Assembly: GCA_017466375.1 (NCBI GenBank)
Contig: JAFTUH010000037.1
Location: 2,782-66,781, forward strand
Reading direction: 5' to 3'
DNA length: 64,000 nt
Source: Clostridia bacterium
GTDB taxonomy: Bacteria > Bacillota > Clostridia > Oscillospirales > CAG-272
The notes beneath the pieces are model-generated. The model worked only from the letters and a program-made list of their open reading frames with translations, was not told the DNA's origin and did no database searches. Position numbers and translations under genes: made by a program. Positions 28,034 to 36,517 of this stretch are shown here, in pieces (position 1 is the stretch's first letter; the number at the start of each line of letters is the position of its first letter).

Positions 28034-29569
28034 ATGGAGAAAATGGATCAGACAAATCATACGAGGGAGGAGGCAGTGCTTCGCGCGGTCGCTTATCACG
28101 CTACGCAGTCGCACGAGGCGTCGGAGGAATACCTTCTGCCGGATTATATGCCGGCGGTGCGCCGCGTGATCTCTGTGCAGGCAACGGTTTTGCCGGAAAC
28201 GCGCTTTTTGAACGGCAAAGCGCTGGAGTTCGGCGGAACGCTTGCGTACTCGATTCTCTACATAGGGGATGGCGGTGAGATATACTGCGCGCCGCTGACG
28301 TCGGAGTATTCCGCATCCGTGTCGCTCGGAGAGAATGCGGCGGTCGATGCCGCTGCGTTTGGAATCGATACGACGGTGGAGAATGTGTCATGCCGTGTGA
28401 CAGCGCCCAGACGGATGACGGTGAAATGCCGTCTTCGCTCGCAGATCACGTATCTCCATCCGCGCAGTGTTGCGGATAAACTGCAGGAGGGGACGGGTGC
28501 GCGCCTCACCACGGCGGATGAACTTGCGGTAGAACGGCTGATTGAGGAAGCGGATGATACGGTGCTCTCGCGCGGTGAGCTGACGGCTTCCGTAGGCGGC
28601 ACGCTTTCCGATGCGGGAAAAGTAATTGCCTGCCGCGGAGCTGTTCGCGTGGAGGAAACCACAGCGGAGGAGGGGTGTGTGAAGGTCCGCGGCGACGTGC
28701 TTTTGCATGTGATCTTCCTTTCCCCTGACGGGAAATACGTTGCGTCGGAAGCGAAGGCACCCTTCAGCGAATCGGTGACAGTACCCGGTGCGGTTTTGGG
28801 CAGTCCGTCGCGTGCGTGGGGCAGAGCCGCCTCGGTGAGCGTTACCCCCGGGGAGGAGGGCTGTACGTGGGAGATCGAATTTGATCTGGAAGCGGAATGC
28901 GCACAGCCGTGCAAATGTGCGTATACGGCAGATCTGTTTTCCACTGACTGTGCCAGCGAAACTGTGACGGCGGAGACGGATAGCTTGTGCCTTCTGCGAT
29001 GCGGACAGGGGGCTCTCACGGTATCCGGCGAGGGCGGCAGACAGAGTAAAGCGCTCCCTGAAGAGACCGTGCTGGATGCGTATGCTTCCTGTGCGGCTGA
29101 GCGTCTCGAAGTACAAAAAGGGAAGCTTTGTCTCACCGGTACCTGCACGGTCACGACCCTCATTCTGCAGGATGGGGATATTGTCAGCGAGGAAACCGTA
29201 CTTCCGCTGAAATATGAGTGGGATGTTCCCGCCTCACCTGACGGAGGGGAGCTTCTGTGGAGATGCAGTACGGATCCGGTATCGGTTTCCGTGCGCGCTG
29301 AGGGGGAGAAGCTGAATATCCACGCGGATGCGGCACTCAGCATTTGTGCGATGCAGCGGGGGCGTATTCGATTTGTGGAGAGTGCGGTTCTGAATAAATC
29401 CGCACGCCGCAAATCGGATGACGGATGTATCCGCGTTTGCTATCCGGATGCAGGTGAGCCGTTGTGGGAGATCGCTAAGCGGTACGGCGTGTCGCGCCAG
29501 ACGATCCGCATGGAGAACGGATTGCCGGAGGGGGAGACGGTGAGCGACGGTGCGCCGATCCTTCTATAA
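28034..29569 (+). CDS. DUF3794-like repeat protein with C-terminal LysM domain
   Basis: C-terminal LysM (IRVCYPDAGEPLWEIAKRYGVSRQTIRMENGL). The N-terminal region resembles DUF3794 (LLPDYMPAVRRVISV). The start was moved to the ATG downstream of the S-layer terminators. Confidence 0.65.
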   Translation: MEKMDQTNHTREEAVLRAVAYHATQSHEASEEYLLPDYMPAVRRVISVQATVLPETRFLNGKALEFGGTLAYSILYIGDGGEIYCAPLTSEYSASVSLGENAAVDAAAFGIDTTVENVSCRVTAPRRMTVKCRLRSQITYLHPRSVADKLQEGTGARLTTADELAVERLIEEADDTVLSRGELTASVGGTLSDAGKVIACRGAVRVEETTAEEGCVKVRGDVLLHVIFLSPDGKYVASEAKAPFSESVTVPGAVLGSPSRAWGRAASVSVTPGEEGCTWEIEFDLEAECAQPCKCAYTADLFSTDCASETVTAETDSLCLLRCGQGALTVSGEGGRQSKALPEETVLDAYASCAAERLEVQKGKLCLTGTCTVTTLILQDGDIVSEETVLPLKYEWDVPASPDGGELLWRCSTDPVSVSVRAEGEKLNIHADAALSICAMQRGRIRFVESAVLNKSARRKSDDGCIRVCYPDAGEPLWEIAKRYGVSRQTIRMENGLPEGETVSDGAPILL

Positions 29570-29571
29570 AA

Positions 29572-29604
29572 AAACACGGGGCCAATCGGTCCCGTGTTTT
29601 ATTT
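29572..29604. terminator. Bidirectional terminator
   Basis: AAAAACACGGGGCC-AAT-CGGTCCCGTGTTTTATTT lies between convergent genes. Confidence 0.7.
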
Positions 29605-29612
29605 ATGAGAGA

Positions 29613-30578
29613 TCAGTGAGGCAGGCAAGCCGCACCGATGATGCCGGCGTCATTGCCAAGCTCAGCGACGCGGATCACCGTCTTCGGGTCGTGATCCTTC
29701 GTGTAAATTTCCTTGTAGATACGATCATTGATCGGGTTGAGCAGGAAATCGCCCTCGTAGCAGATGCCGCCGCCCAATGTCAGCACTTCAGGCTGGAAGA
29801 TGTTAATGATGTTCGCCAGTCCCTCGACGAGATGATCGATATAAGAGGCAACCACCTCGCGCCCTGCTTCATCCCCGGCGCGTGCTGCCTGGAATGCGGT
29901 CTTGCCGGAGATTTTTTCCGGATCCCCGCCGCAGAGCGATTCGATCTGTGTCACGCGTCCTGCTGCCCGGCATTCGGCGAGCTTCTCGCGCGTCGTTTTG
30001 ATAAGACCGGTAGCGGAGCTATAGCACTCCCAGCATCCGTGCCTGCCGCAGGAGCAGGGGCGCCCGTTCTTCTCGATTACGATATGACCGAGCTCGGCGC
30101 CTGCGAAATTAAAGCCGGAGTACGCCTCACCGTCCACGACGACACCGCCTCCAACGCCTGTTCCGAGCGTAATCATGACGGAGTACCGTGTACCCTTTGC
30201 GGCACCTGCAGCTGCCTCGGCGATCGCAGCGGCGTTTGCATCGTTTTCGATGGCGACACGCTTTCCGTCCAAGAGGGAGGAGAGCTTGTCCACGAGCGGA
30301 TACATAACAAAGGAGGGAAGGTTGCAAGACGTCTCTATGCATCCGGTCGCGCGGTTTGCAACGCCGGGTGCGGCTACCCCGATAAAGTCGATTTGCTCAA
30401 GCGGGAGCGATGCGTCATTGCAAAGCTTACGGCAGAGCGCGGCCATGTCGGCGGTGATTGCATCGGCGTCACGCAGGCGTTCGGTAGGAATGCTTGCCTT
30501 ACAAAGGATGTGATGGTTGTTATCCACAATACCGGCGGCAATATTCGTGCCGCCAAGATCAATTCCAATTGCGTACAT
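29613..30578 (-). CDS. glcK: ROK family glucokinase
   Basis: Motifs MYAIGIDLGGTNIAAGIV and ROK zinc motif CSCGRHGCWECYSSATG. The start was set to the ATG at 30578. Confidence 0.85.
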   Translation of the reverse strand: MYAIGIDLGGTNIAAGIVDNNHHILCKASIPTERLRDADAITADMAALCRKLCNDASLPLEQIDFIGVAAPGVANRATGCIETSCNLPSFVMYPLVDKLSSLLDGKRVAIENDANAAAIAEAAAGAAKGTRYSVMITLGTGVGGGVVVDGEAYSGFNFAGAELGHIVIEKNGRPCSCGRHGCWECYSSATGLIKTTREKLAECRAAGRVTQIESLCGGDPEKISGKTAFQAARAGDEAGREVVASYIDHLVEGLANIINIFQPEVLTLGGGICYEGDFLLNPINDRIYKEIYTKDHDPKTVIRVAELGNDAGIIGAACLPH

Positions 30579-31120
30579 ATTGAGTACCTTTCTGTGTGAA
30601 TCTGATACGTCTATTATATAGGTTTTCGTCTCGTTTGTCAACAGGAAGTCACGGGTGCGCAACATAACACAAGATTGGAATAAAAAGGATAGTGCACCAT
30701 TTAACTGGTATTAATGGTCGAAAATGGGTTGGAAAACACCGTTTTTGACAAAGTTTGTGCAGTTTGCCCATGTGTAGAAAAAACTCCTTAAAAATTGTGC
30801 AAGATGACGAACGCCTGCTTGGTGAACTGTAAAAAGACTGTCGGACGGATGTGTGAGAATTGTTGTTTTTTGAGTAAGCGGTATTTACCCGTGGTGTCCT
30901 TTGACCCGTCACATTGCCAAAAATGCAAGCTATTGCGCCACAAATCATGCTGTTAATTCCCCACCGGATTCACAAAAGGTAAAAACAGCTTACCAAGCGG
31001 TGTGTGGCAAACTGTACCAAAAAGCGCCCGGCCCTCTGTGCAAAATGCCGATTTCTTACACACACGCCGAACGTTGCGCCGGGGGCGTCAATACGGCGAA
31101 ATTTGTGCGCTGTGGCTTGC

Positions 31121-31149
31121 TTGACAATTTTCGGGCAATATGGTATGAT
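31121..31149 (+). promoter_or_regulatory. Strong sigma-70 type promoter, TTGACA-17-TATGAT with TGn extension
   Basis: -35 at 31121-31126, a 17-nt spacer ending in TGG, and -10 at 31144-31149. It predicts a ~270-nt leader before the ATG at 31428. Confidence 0.55.
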
Positions 31150-31335
31150 AAGTGCACATAAATATCGGTAGATTTATGCTTCTGCCGCTGTTTTATATGC
31201 AGTTTTTCTGTCGGATGCCGCCTGGCAGCCGGCTGTGAGACTGCGCGCTTTCTTCGCCTGAGACGGTATTGCTTTTCCAAATACTACATATTTATTTATA
31301 GTATTTTGTCAGTGCTGCCCGATCGGCGTACCAAA

Positions 31336-31398
31336 CCCGGAGTTACGGTTCGGCGATTCCGGGTCGGAGGTCGGTTTTCCGACCCGCTTTTATCGCCG
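31336..31398 (+). promoter_or_regulatory. Leader RNA with overlapping hairpins, including a terminator-like stem plus U-tract
   Basis: Hairpin 1 is CCCGGA...TCCGGG (31336-31363). It shares GGG with hairpin 2, GGGTCGGA-loop-TCCGACCC (31361-31385), which is followed by GCTTTTAT. CGGCGAT (31351) can also pair with ATCGCCG (31392). Confidence 0.35.
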
Positions 31399-31427
31399 AA
31401 ACCAAAATTAGCAGGAGGAAGGTTCCA

Positions 31428-34400
31428 ATGAGAAGAAACCACACCAAGCGACTGATGGCTTTTGTGCTGTCGCTGCTTATGCTGTCCGGCTGTATTGTTC
31501 CCACTTTCGCAGCCGATGATTCTTCCGACGGGAAGGGCAGTGTTGCAACGACAACTCTGAAGGAAATCAGTGCTACCTTGAACGCGATCTCGTACGATAC
31601 GTATCGCACAAGGTATCCCGATGCCAAAAAGGCAACGGAGACTGTAGAAATCGACATCGCGGACTATATCGCTGACGCTACGACGGCAGAGGTAGAGCTC
31701 CTTTCGAATGTCGCTGATGACTACGGTACCACTATGCCCAAGGCTGTTTATATCGGTGATGAGGGAAAGGTCACGTGGCCCGTGACGATTCCCGAGACCG
31801 CTCTGTACGCAGTCGAGATCACGTATACGTCCGAGTCCGATAAGACGAACTCGATCGAGCGCGTGTTCTATATTGATGACGTCGTTCCGTTCGGCGAAGC
31901 ACGTTATCTGCGCCTCACAAAGACGTGGGAGCATCAGTATGACGAGTCGACCGGTCGCTTCACGTTTGATGCAATCGGCAACGAGCTGCGTCCGAGTACC
32001 AATGTGTATAAGAGATGGACTACGCAGAAGTTCGTAGACTCCAATACATATTATGCGACTCCGTTTGAGTTCTACTTCGAGAAGGGCGAGACCACTATTG
32101 CACTCGAGGGCGTCCGTGAGGATGTTGTGATCGGTTCGATCCGCCTCGTGCCGTACGATGAGCTGCCCACCTATGAAGAGATGCTCGCTGCGTATGCACA
32201 GAAGGGATATACCGAGGGTACGGATCAGATCTATCTCGCGGCTGAGATGCCGAGCGCCGTTTCCGATTACACCATCTATCCGGTGTATGACAGAACGTCC
32301 GCGATCTCCGAGCCCCAGCATGCAACGCTTCTGTACCGCAACACGATCGGTGCGGAGAAGTGGGCGAGCATGGGTCAGTGGATCGAGTACGAGTTCGAGA
32401 TCACGAACGCCGGTCTTTATACGATCGATCTGCGCTTCAAGCAGTCCGATCTCGCCGGTCTGTATACGTCCCGTAAGCTGACGATCGACGGTGAGACGCC
32501 GTTCGCAGAGTGTAACTACCTCCGCTTCTCGTACGATACCGATTGGCAGGTCGCATCCCTGACGGACGGTATCCACGATACGCTGCAGTTCTATTTTGAA
32601 CCCGGCAAGCACACTATCCGCCTCGAGGTTACCCTCGGTGAGATGGGTGACATCGTTCGCCGCGTTTCCGAGTCTCTGGACAGCATCAATAAGTCCTACC
32701 TCGAGATTCTGAAGCTGACCGGCTCCAACCCCGACCAGTACCGTGACTACGGCTTCGCCCGCGTCATGCCCGATACGATCGAGAACATGATTCTCGAGAG
32801 CATCAACCTCAACGAGATTATTGATTACCTCGAGAGCATGAACGGCGTAAAGAGCCAGCACTCCGCAACGCTTGAGCAGATCGCGATTCTGCTTGAGAAG
32901 ATGGGTACGGACGAGGATGAAATCGCTAAGAACCTTACCAACCTCAAAAACCATATCGGTACGATGGGTACCTGGGTGTCCAACGTAACGACGCAGCCGC
33001 TCGAGATCGACTACATTCTCGTGCAGGGCGAATCCGTCGCACTTCCGAAGGCAAACGCAGGCTTCTTCCAGAGCATCTGGTATGAATTGAAGATGTTCTT
33101 CGGCAGCTTCTATGCCGATTATAACTCCCTCGGCGGAAACGGTGAGGACGGCGAGCAGGCAATTAACGCGTCCGTTACGGCATGGGTTGCTACCGGTCGT
33201 GACCAGGCGCAGATCATGCGCAGCCTCGTTGACGATAAGTTCACGCCCAATACCGGCATCGCAGTCGAGCTGAAGCTCGTAGCCGGCGGTACGCTCCTTC
33301 CGTCCATTCTGGCAGGCGTCGGTCCTGACGTTGCCCTTGACGGCTCCGGTGCGGACCCGATCCAGTACGCGATCCGCGGTGCGGCACTTGACCTCGACCA
33401 GTTCAATACGACCGGCGATCCCGAAGGACGCTTCGCGTACTCCTCGTTTGAGCAGGTCGCTTCCCGTTTCACGGAGGCGGCTCTGATTCCGCTTTCTCTC
33501 TACGGCAAGACCTACGGTCTGCCCGAGACGCAGAACTTCTGCATGATGTTCTACCGCAAGGATATCCTAGCTGACCTCGGCCTGGAGGTTCCGAAGACGT
33601 GGGATGAGCTGATGGCCATGATCCCGATTCTCCAGTTCAACAACATGGAAATCGGTCTGCCGAACAACTACCAGATCTTCATGTACCAGATGGGCGGCGA
33701 GCTTTGGGCGGACGACGGTATGAGAATCAACCTTGATTCCAATATCGCACTCGAGGCGTTTGAGGACATGTGTAATATGTTTACACAGTACTCCCTGCCG
33801 TATTCGTACTCTTTCCCGAACCGTTTCAAAACCGGTGAGATGCCGATCGGTATCATCGACTATACCACGTATAACCAGATGATCCTGTTCGCAACGGAAA
33901 TCGCAGGTCTGTGGGAAATGGTTCCGATCCCCGGTATGGTGGATGAGGACGGAAACATCAACAACGTTGCTGTTTCGACCGTTACCTCTATCGTTCTTCC
34001 GGCAGGTACCCGCGACAAGCATGCCGCATGGGCCCTGATGGATTGGTGGGTTGATACCGAATTCCAGGTTGACTACTCCAACGAGCTCGTAGCAGTCCTC
34101 GGTCCGGCAGCAAAGAACGCTACCGCAAACCGTGAGGCACTCGAGGAGCTCCCGTGGTCCTCCAGCGAGTTCTACAACATCGACCTCCAGATGAACAACC
34201 TCACCGCAATTACCGCATACCCCGGCAGCTACATTATTGCCCGTTATACGAACTTCGCATTCCTCGATGCGTATAACGACTTGGCAGACCCGGTTGATTC
34301 GCTCCTTAATTATATTAACGCGATCAATAAAGAAGTCACCCGTAAGCGTGCGGAGTTCGACTACGAAACCCTTGAAGTCGGTCAGACGCTCGCCGAGAAG

Positions 34401-34610
34401 CGCTCGAATCAGGCACTTGAACTGATGGAGACGCTCGACGGCTATGCCGACGCCAAAGCAGCAGCGCGTGCGGCGATCGAAGCCGAGGACGCAGCCGCAT
34501 TGTACGCGGCAGCCGCTGCATTCGGCAGTGCTGATGAGACGGCAGCTACGATTGCCGGCTATCTGAAGGACGCCGCAAACGCATACGAGACCTACGCACT
34601 TTACGAATAA
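31428..34610 (+). CDS. Giant extracellular solute-binding lipoprotein (1060 aa): two beta-sandwich/CBM-like modules plus a family-1 SBP domain
   Basis: Lipoprotein signal (LSLLMLSGC). Two internally similar ~150-aa modules are present (..YAVEITYTSE..RVFYIDD..ARYLRL and ..YTIDLRFKQS..LTIDGE..CNYLRF). The C-terminal ~550 aa resembles a sugar SBP. It is followed by CUT1-type permeases. Confidence 0.8.
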   Translation: MRRNHTKRLMAFVLSLLMLSGCIVPTFAADDSSDGKGSVATTTLKEISATLNAISYDTYRTRYPDAKKATETVEIDIADYIADATTAEVELLSNVADDYGTTMPKAVYIGDEGKVTWPVTIPETALYAVEITYTSESDKTNSIERVFYIDDVVPFGEARYLRLTKTWEHQYDESTGRFTFDAIGNELRPSTNVYKRWTTQKFVDSNTYYATPFEFYFEKGETTIALEGVREDVVIGSIRLVPYDELPTYEEMLAAYAQKGYTEGTDQIYLAAEMPSAVSDYTIYPVYDRTSAISEPQHATLLYRNTIGAEKWASMGQWIEYEFEITNAGLYTIDLRFKQSDLAGLYTSRKLTIDGETPFAECNYLRFSYDTDWQVASLTDGIHDTLQFYFEPGKHTIRLEVTLGEMGDIVRRVSESLDSINKSYLEILKLTGSNPDQYRDYGFARVMPDTIENMILESINLNEIIDYLESMNGVKSQHSATLEQIAILLEKMGTDEDEIAKNLTNLKNHIGTMGTWVSNVTTQPLEIDYILVQGESVALPKANAGFFQSIWYELKMFFGSFYADYNSLGGNGEDGEQAINASVTAWVATGRDQAQIMRSLVDDKFTPNTGIAVELKLVAGGTLLPSILAGVGPDVALDGSGADPIQYAIRGAALDLDQFNTTGDPEGRFAYSSFEQVASRFTEAALIPLSLYGKTYGLPETQNFCMMFYRKDILADLGLEVPKTWDELMAMIPILQFNNMEIGLPNNYQIFMYQMGGELWADDGMRINLDSNIALEAFEDMCNMFTQYSLPYSYSFPNRFKTGEMPIGIIDYTTYNQMILFATEIAGLWEMVPIPGMVDEDGNINNVAVSTVTSIVLPAGTRDKHAAWALMDWWVDTEFQVDYSNELVAVLGPAAKNATANREALEELPWSSSEFYNIDLQMNNLTAITAYPGSYIIARYTNFAFLDAYNDLADPVDSLLNYINAINKEVTRKRAEFDYETLEVGQTLAEKRSNQALELMETLDGYADAKAAARAAIEAEDAAALYAAAAAFGSADETAATIAGYLKDAANAYETYALYE

Positions 34611-34616
34611 GCGAAA

Positions 34617-34655
34617 TCAGCGGACGGCGGACACCGTTCTGCCGTCCCCCCGCTG
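34617..34655 (+). promoter_or_regulatory. Intercistronic stem-loop after the SBP gene (no U-tract)
   Basis: CAGCGGACGGCGG...CCGTCCCCCCGCTG. This is typical of mRNA-stabilising hairpins downstream of SBP genes. Confidence 0.4.
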
Positions 34656-34682
34656 AAACATTCTGATTAAGGAGAAAATGCA

Positions 34683-35627
34683 ATGTCTAAGAAATCTGAT
34701 GCACAAGTCGTTGCGCGCAAAGACATAACAAAAGCGCAGTGGACATGGATGCAGATGAAGCGCTATAAAGTTGCGTATCTGATGATCGCACCGTTTATGC
34801 TGATTTTCTTCATCTTTACGGTCATCCCCGTCATTGCGTCTCTGGCGCTCAGCTTTACGTCGTTTAACATGCTGCAGATGCCGAAGTTCCTCTTCCTCGA
34901 CAACTATATCACTCTGTTTTTGGATGATGATCTGTGGGTAACCGCACTGAAAAACACGCTCATTTTTGCCGCCGTCGTCGGACCGGTATCCTATATCCTG
35001 TCCTTCCTCGTCGCGTGGTTTATCAATGAGCTCTCTCCGAGAATCCGTGCCGTTGTTACGCTGATCTTCTACGCACCGTCCATTTCCGGTAACGCATACC
35101 TGATCTGGCAGACGCTGTTCTCCAGCGACGCACAGGGTTGGGTCAACGGTAAACTCCTTGACTGGGGCTTTATCGATACACCGGTTCTGTGGTTCCAGGA
35201 TGAACGGTACGTTATGGCACTTTGTATCATCGTTGCTCTGTGGATGTCCCTCGGTACCTCGTTCCTTTCCTTTATCGCAGGTCTTCAGGGTATCAACGTC
35301 AGCCTCTTTGAGGCAGCCGCCGTTGACGGTCTGAAGAACCGTTGGCAGGAGCTTTGGTACGTCACGCTGCCTTCCATGAAGCCGCAGCTGATGTTCGGTG
35401 CAATCATGGCGATCACCGGTGCGTTCAGCTTCGGTGCCGTCGTTACCGCACTGGCAGGTAACCCCTCCGTCAACTACGCCGCGTATACGATCCAGCATCA
35501 CCTGGATGAGTATCAGGGCGTACGCTGGGAGGTCGGTTACTCGTCCGCAATCTCGTTCGTAATGTTCCTTATGATGGTCGGCTCGAATATGGCGGTCACC
35601 AAGCTGCTTGCAAAGGTAGGTCAGTGA
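34683..35627 (+). CDS. Carbohydrate ABC transporter permease (MalF/LplB-like), pair 1
   Basis: Six TM helices and an EAA loop (AGLQGINVSLFEAAAVDGLKNRWQELWYVTLP). Confidence 0.9.
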   Translation: MSKKSDAQVVARKDITKAQWTWMQMKRYKVAYLMIAPFMLIFFIFTVIPVIASLALSFTSFNMLQMPKFLFLDNYITLFLDDDLWVTALKNTLIFAAVVGPVSYILSFLVAWFINELSPRIRAVVTLIFYAPSISGNAYLIWQTLFSSDAQGWVNGKLLDWGFIDTPVLWFQDERYVMALCIIVALWMSLGTSFLSFIAGLQGINVSLFEAAAVDGLKNRWQELWYVTLPSMKPQLMFGAIMAITGAFSFGAVVTALAGNPSVNYAAYTIQHHLDEYQGVRWEVGYSSAISFVMFLMMVGSNMAVTKLLAKVGQ

Positions 35628-35628
35628 T

Positions 35629-36504
35629 ATGGCAAAGAAATTAAGAACAAGAAAACACCGCGTCGTCCTCAACCGAAGTGTTGGCGGCGACATGGGTATC
35701 ACGGTCGTCCTTGCCATCTTCGGCGCATTCATGTTCCTCCCCATGCTGTATACCGTCATGAACGCCCTCAAGCCGATGGATGAACTTTGGATCTTCCCGC
35801 CCCGCTTCTACGTTGTCCGCCCCACGCTGGACAACTTCAAGGAGCTGTTTGCACTCATGAGTGACTCGTGGGTTCCGTTCTCCCGTTACATCTTCAATAC
35901 GGTGTTTATCTCCGTAACCGGTACGGCAGGCAACCTTCTCCTCTCCTCTATGGCAGCGTACGCGCTCGCTAAGATCCCGTTCCCGGGCTCTCAGCCGATC
36001 TTTAAGCTCGTCCGCTTTGCGCTTATGTTTACGCCTACCGTTACTGCAATCGCGAACTTCATTACGATGTCCGCACTCCGCTGGGTCGATACGTACTGGG
36101 CACTTATTATTCCTGCCTGCGCTACGTCGCTCGGTCTGTACCTCATGAAGCAGTTCATGGATTCCAACGTCTCCGCCGAGGTTCTCGAGAGTGCCCGTCT
36201 TGACGGCGCAACCGAGTTCAAGACGTTCTGGGTTATCGCCATGCCGATGGTTAAGCCCGCTTGGCTGACGCTGATTATCTACTGCTTCCAGGGTCTTTGG
36301 AATGCAGGCGCATCCATCTACATCTACAGTGAGGAGCTCAAGTCTCTGAACTACGCAATCAGCCAGATTACGGCAGGCGGTGTTGCCCGTGCAGGTGCAG
36401 CCGCAGCCGCAACGGTTATCATGATGGCAGTTCCGATTCTCGTCTTCGTTATTACGCAGAGTAATATCATCGAGACGATGGGCTCCAGCGGTATGAAGGA
36501 CTAA
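35629..36504 (+). CDS. Carbohydrate ABC transporter permease (MalG-like), pair 1
   Basis: EAA loop (ESARLDGATEFKTFWVIAMPMVKPA). It starts 1 nt after the previous stop. Confidence 0.9.
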   Translation: MAKKLRTRKHRVVLNRSVGGDMGITVVLAIFGAFMFLPMLYTVMNALKPMDELWIFPPRFYVVRPTLDNFKELFALMSDSWVPFSRYIFNTVFISVTGTAGNLLLSSMAAYALAKIPFPGSQPIFKLVRFALMFTPTVTAIANFITMSALRWVDTYWALIIPACATSLGLYLMKQFMDSNVSAEVLESARLDGATEFKTFWVIAMPMVKPAWLTLIIYCFQGLWNAGASIYIYSEELKSLNYAISQITAGGVARAGAAAAATVIMMAVPILVFVITQSNIIETMGSSGMKD

Positions 36505-36517
36505 GGAGGTATTGAAA

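Noticed and set aside
30649-31161. 99-aa (minus strand) and 86-aa (plus strand) ORFs in the long glcK-SBP intergenic gap
   Set aside because: No RBS, and Cys/His/Ser-rich improbable sequences. One overlaps the predicted promoter. They are treated as non-coding pending transcript data.
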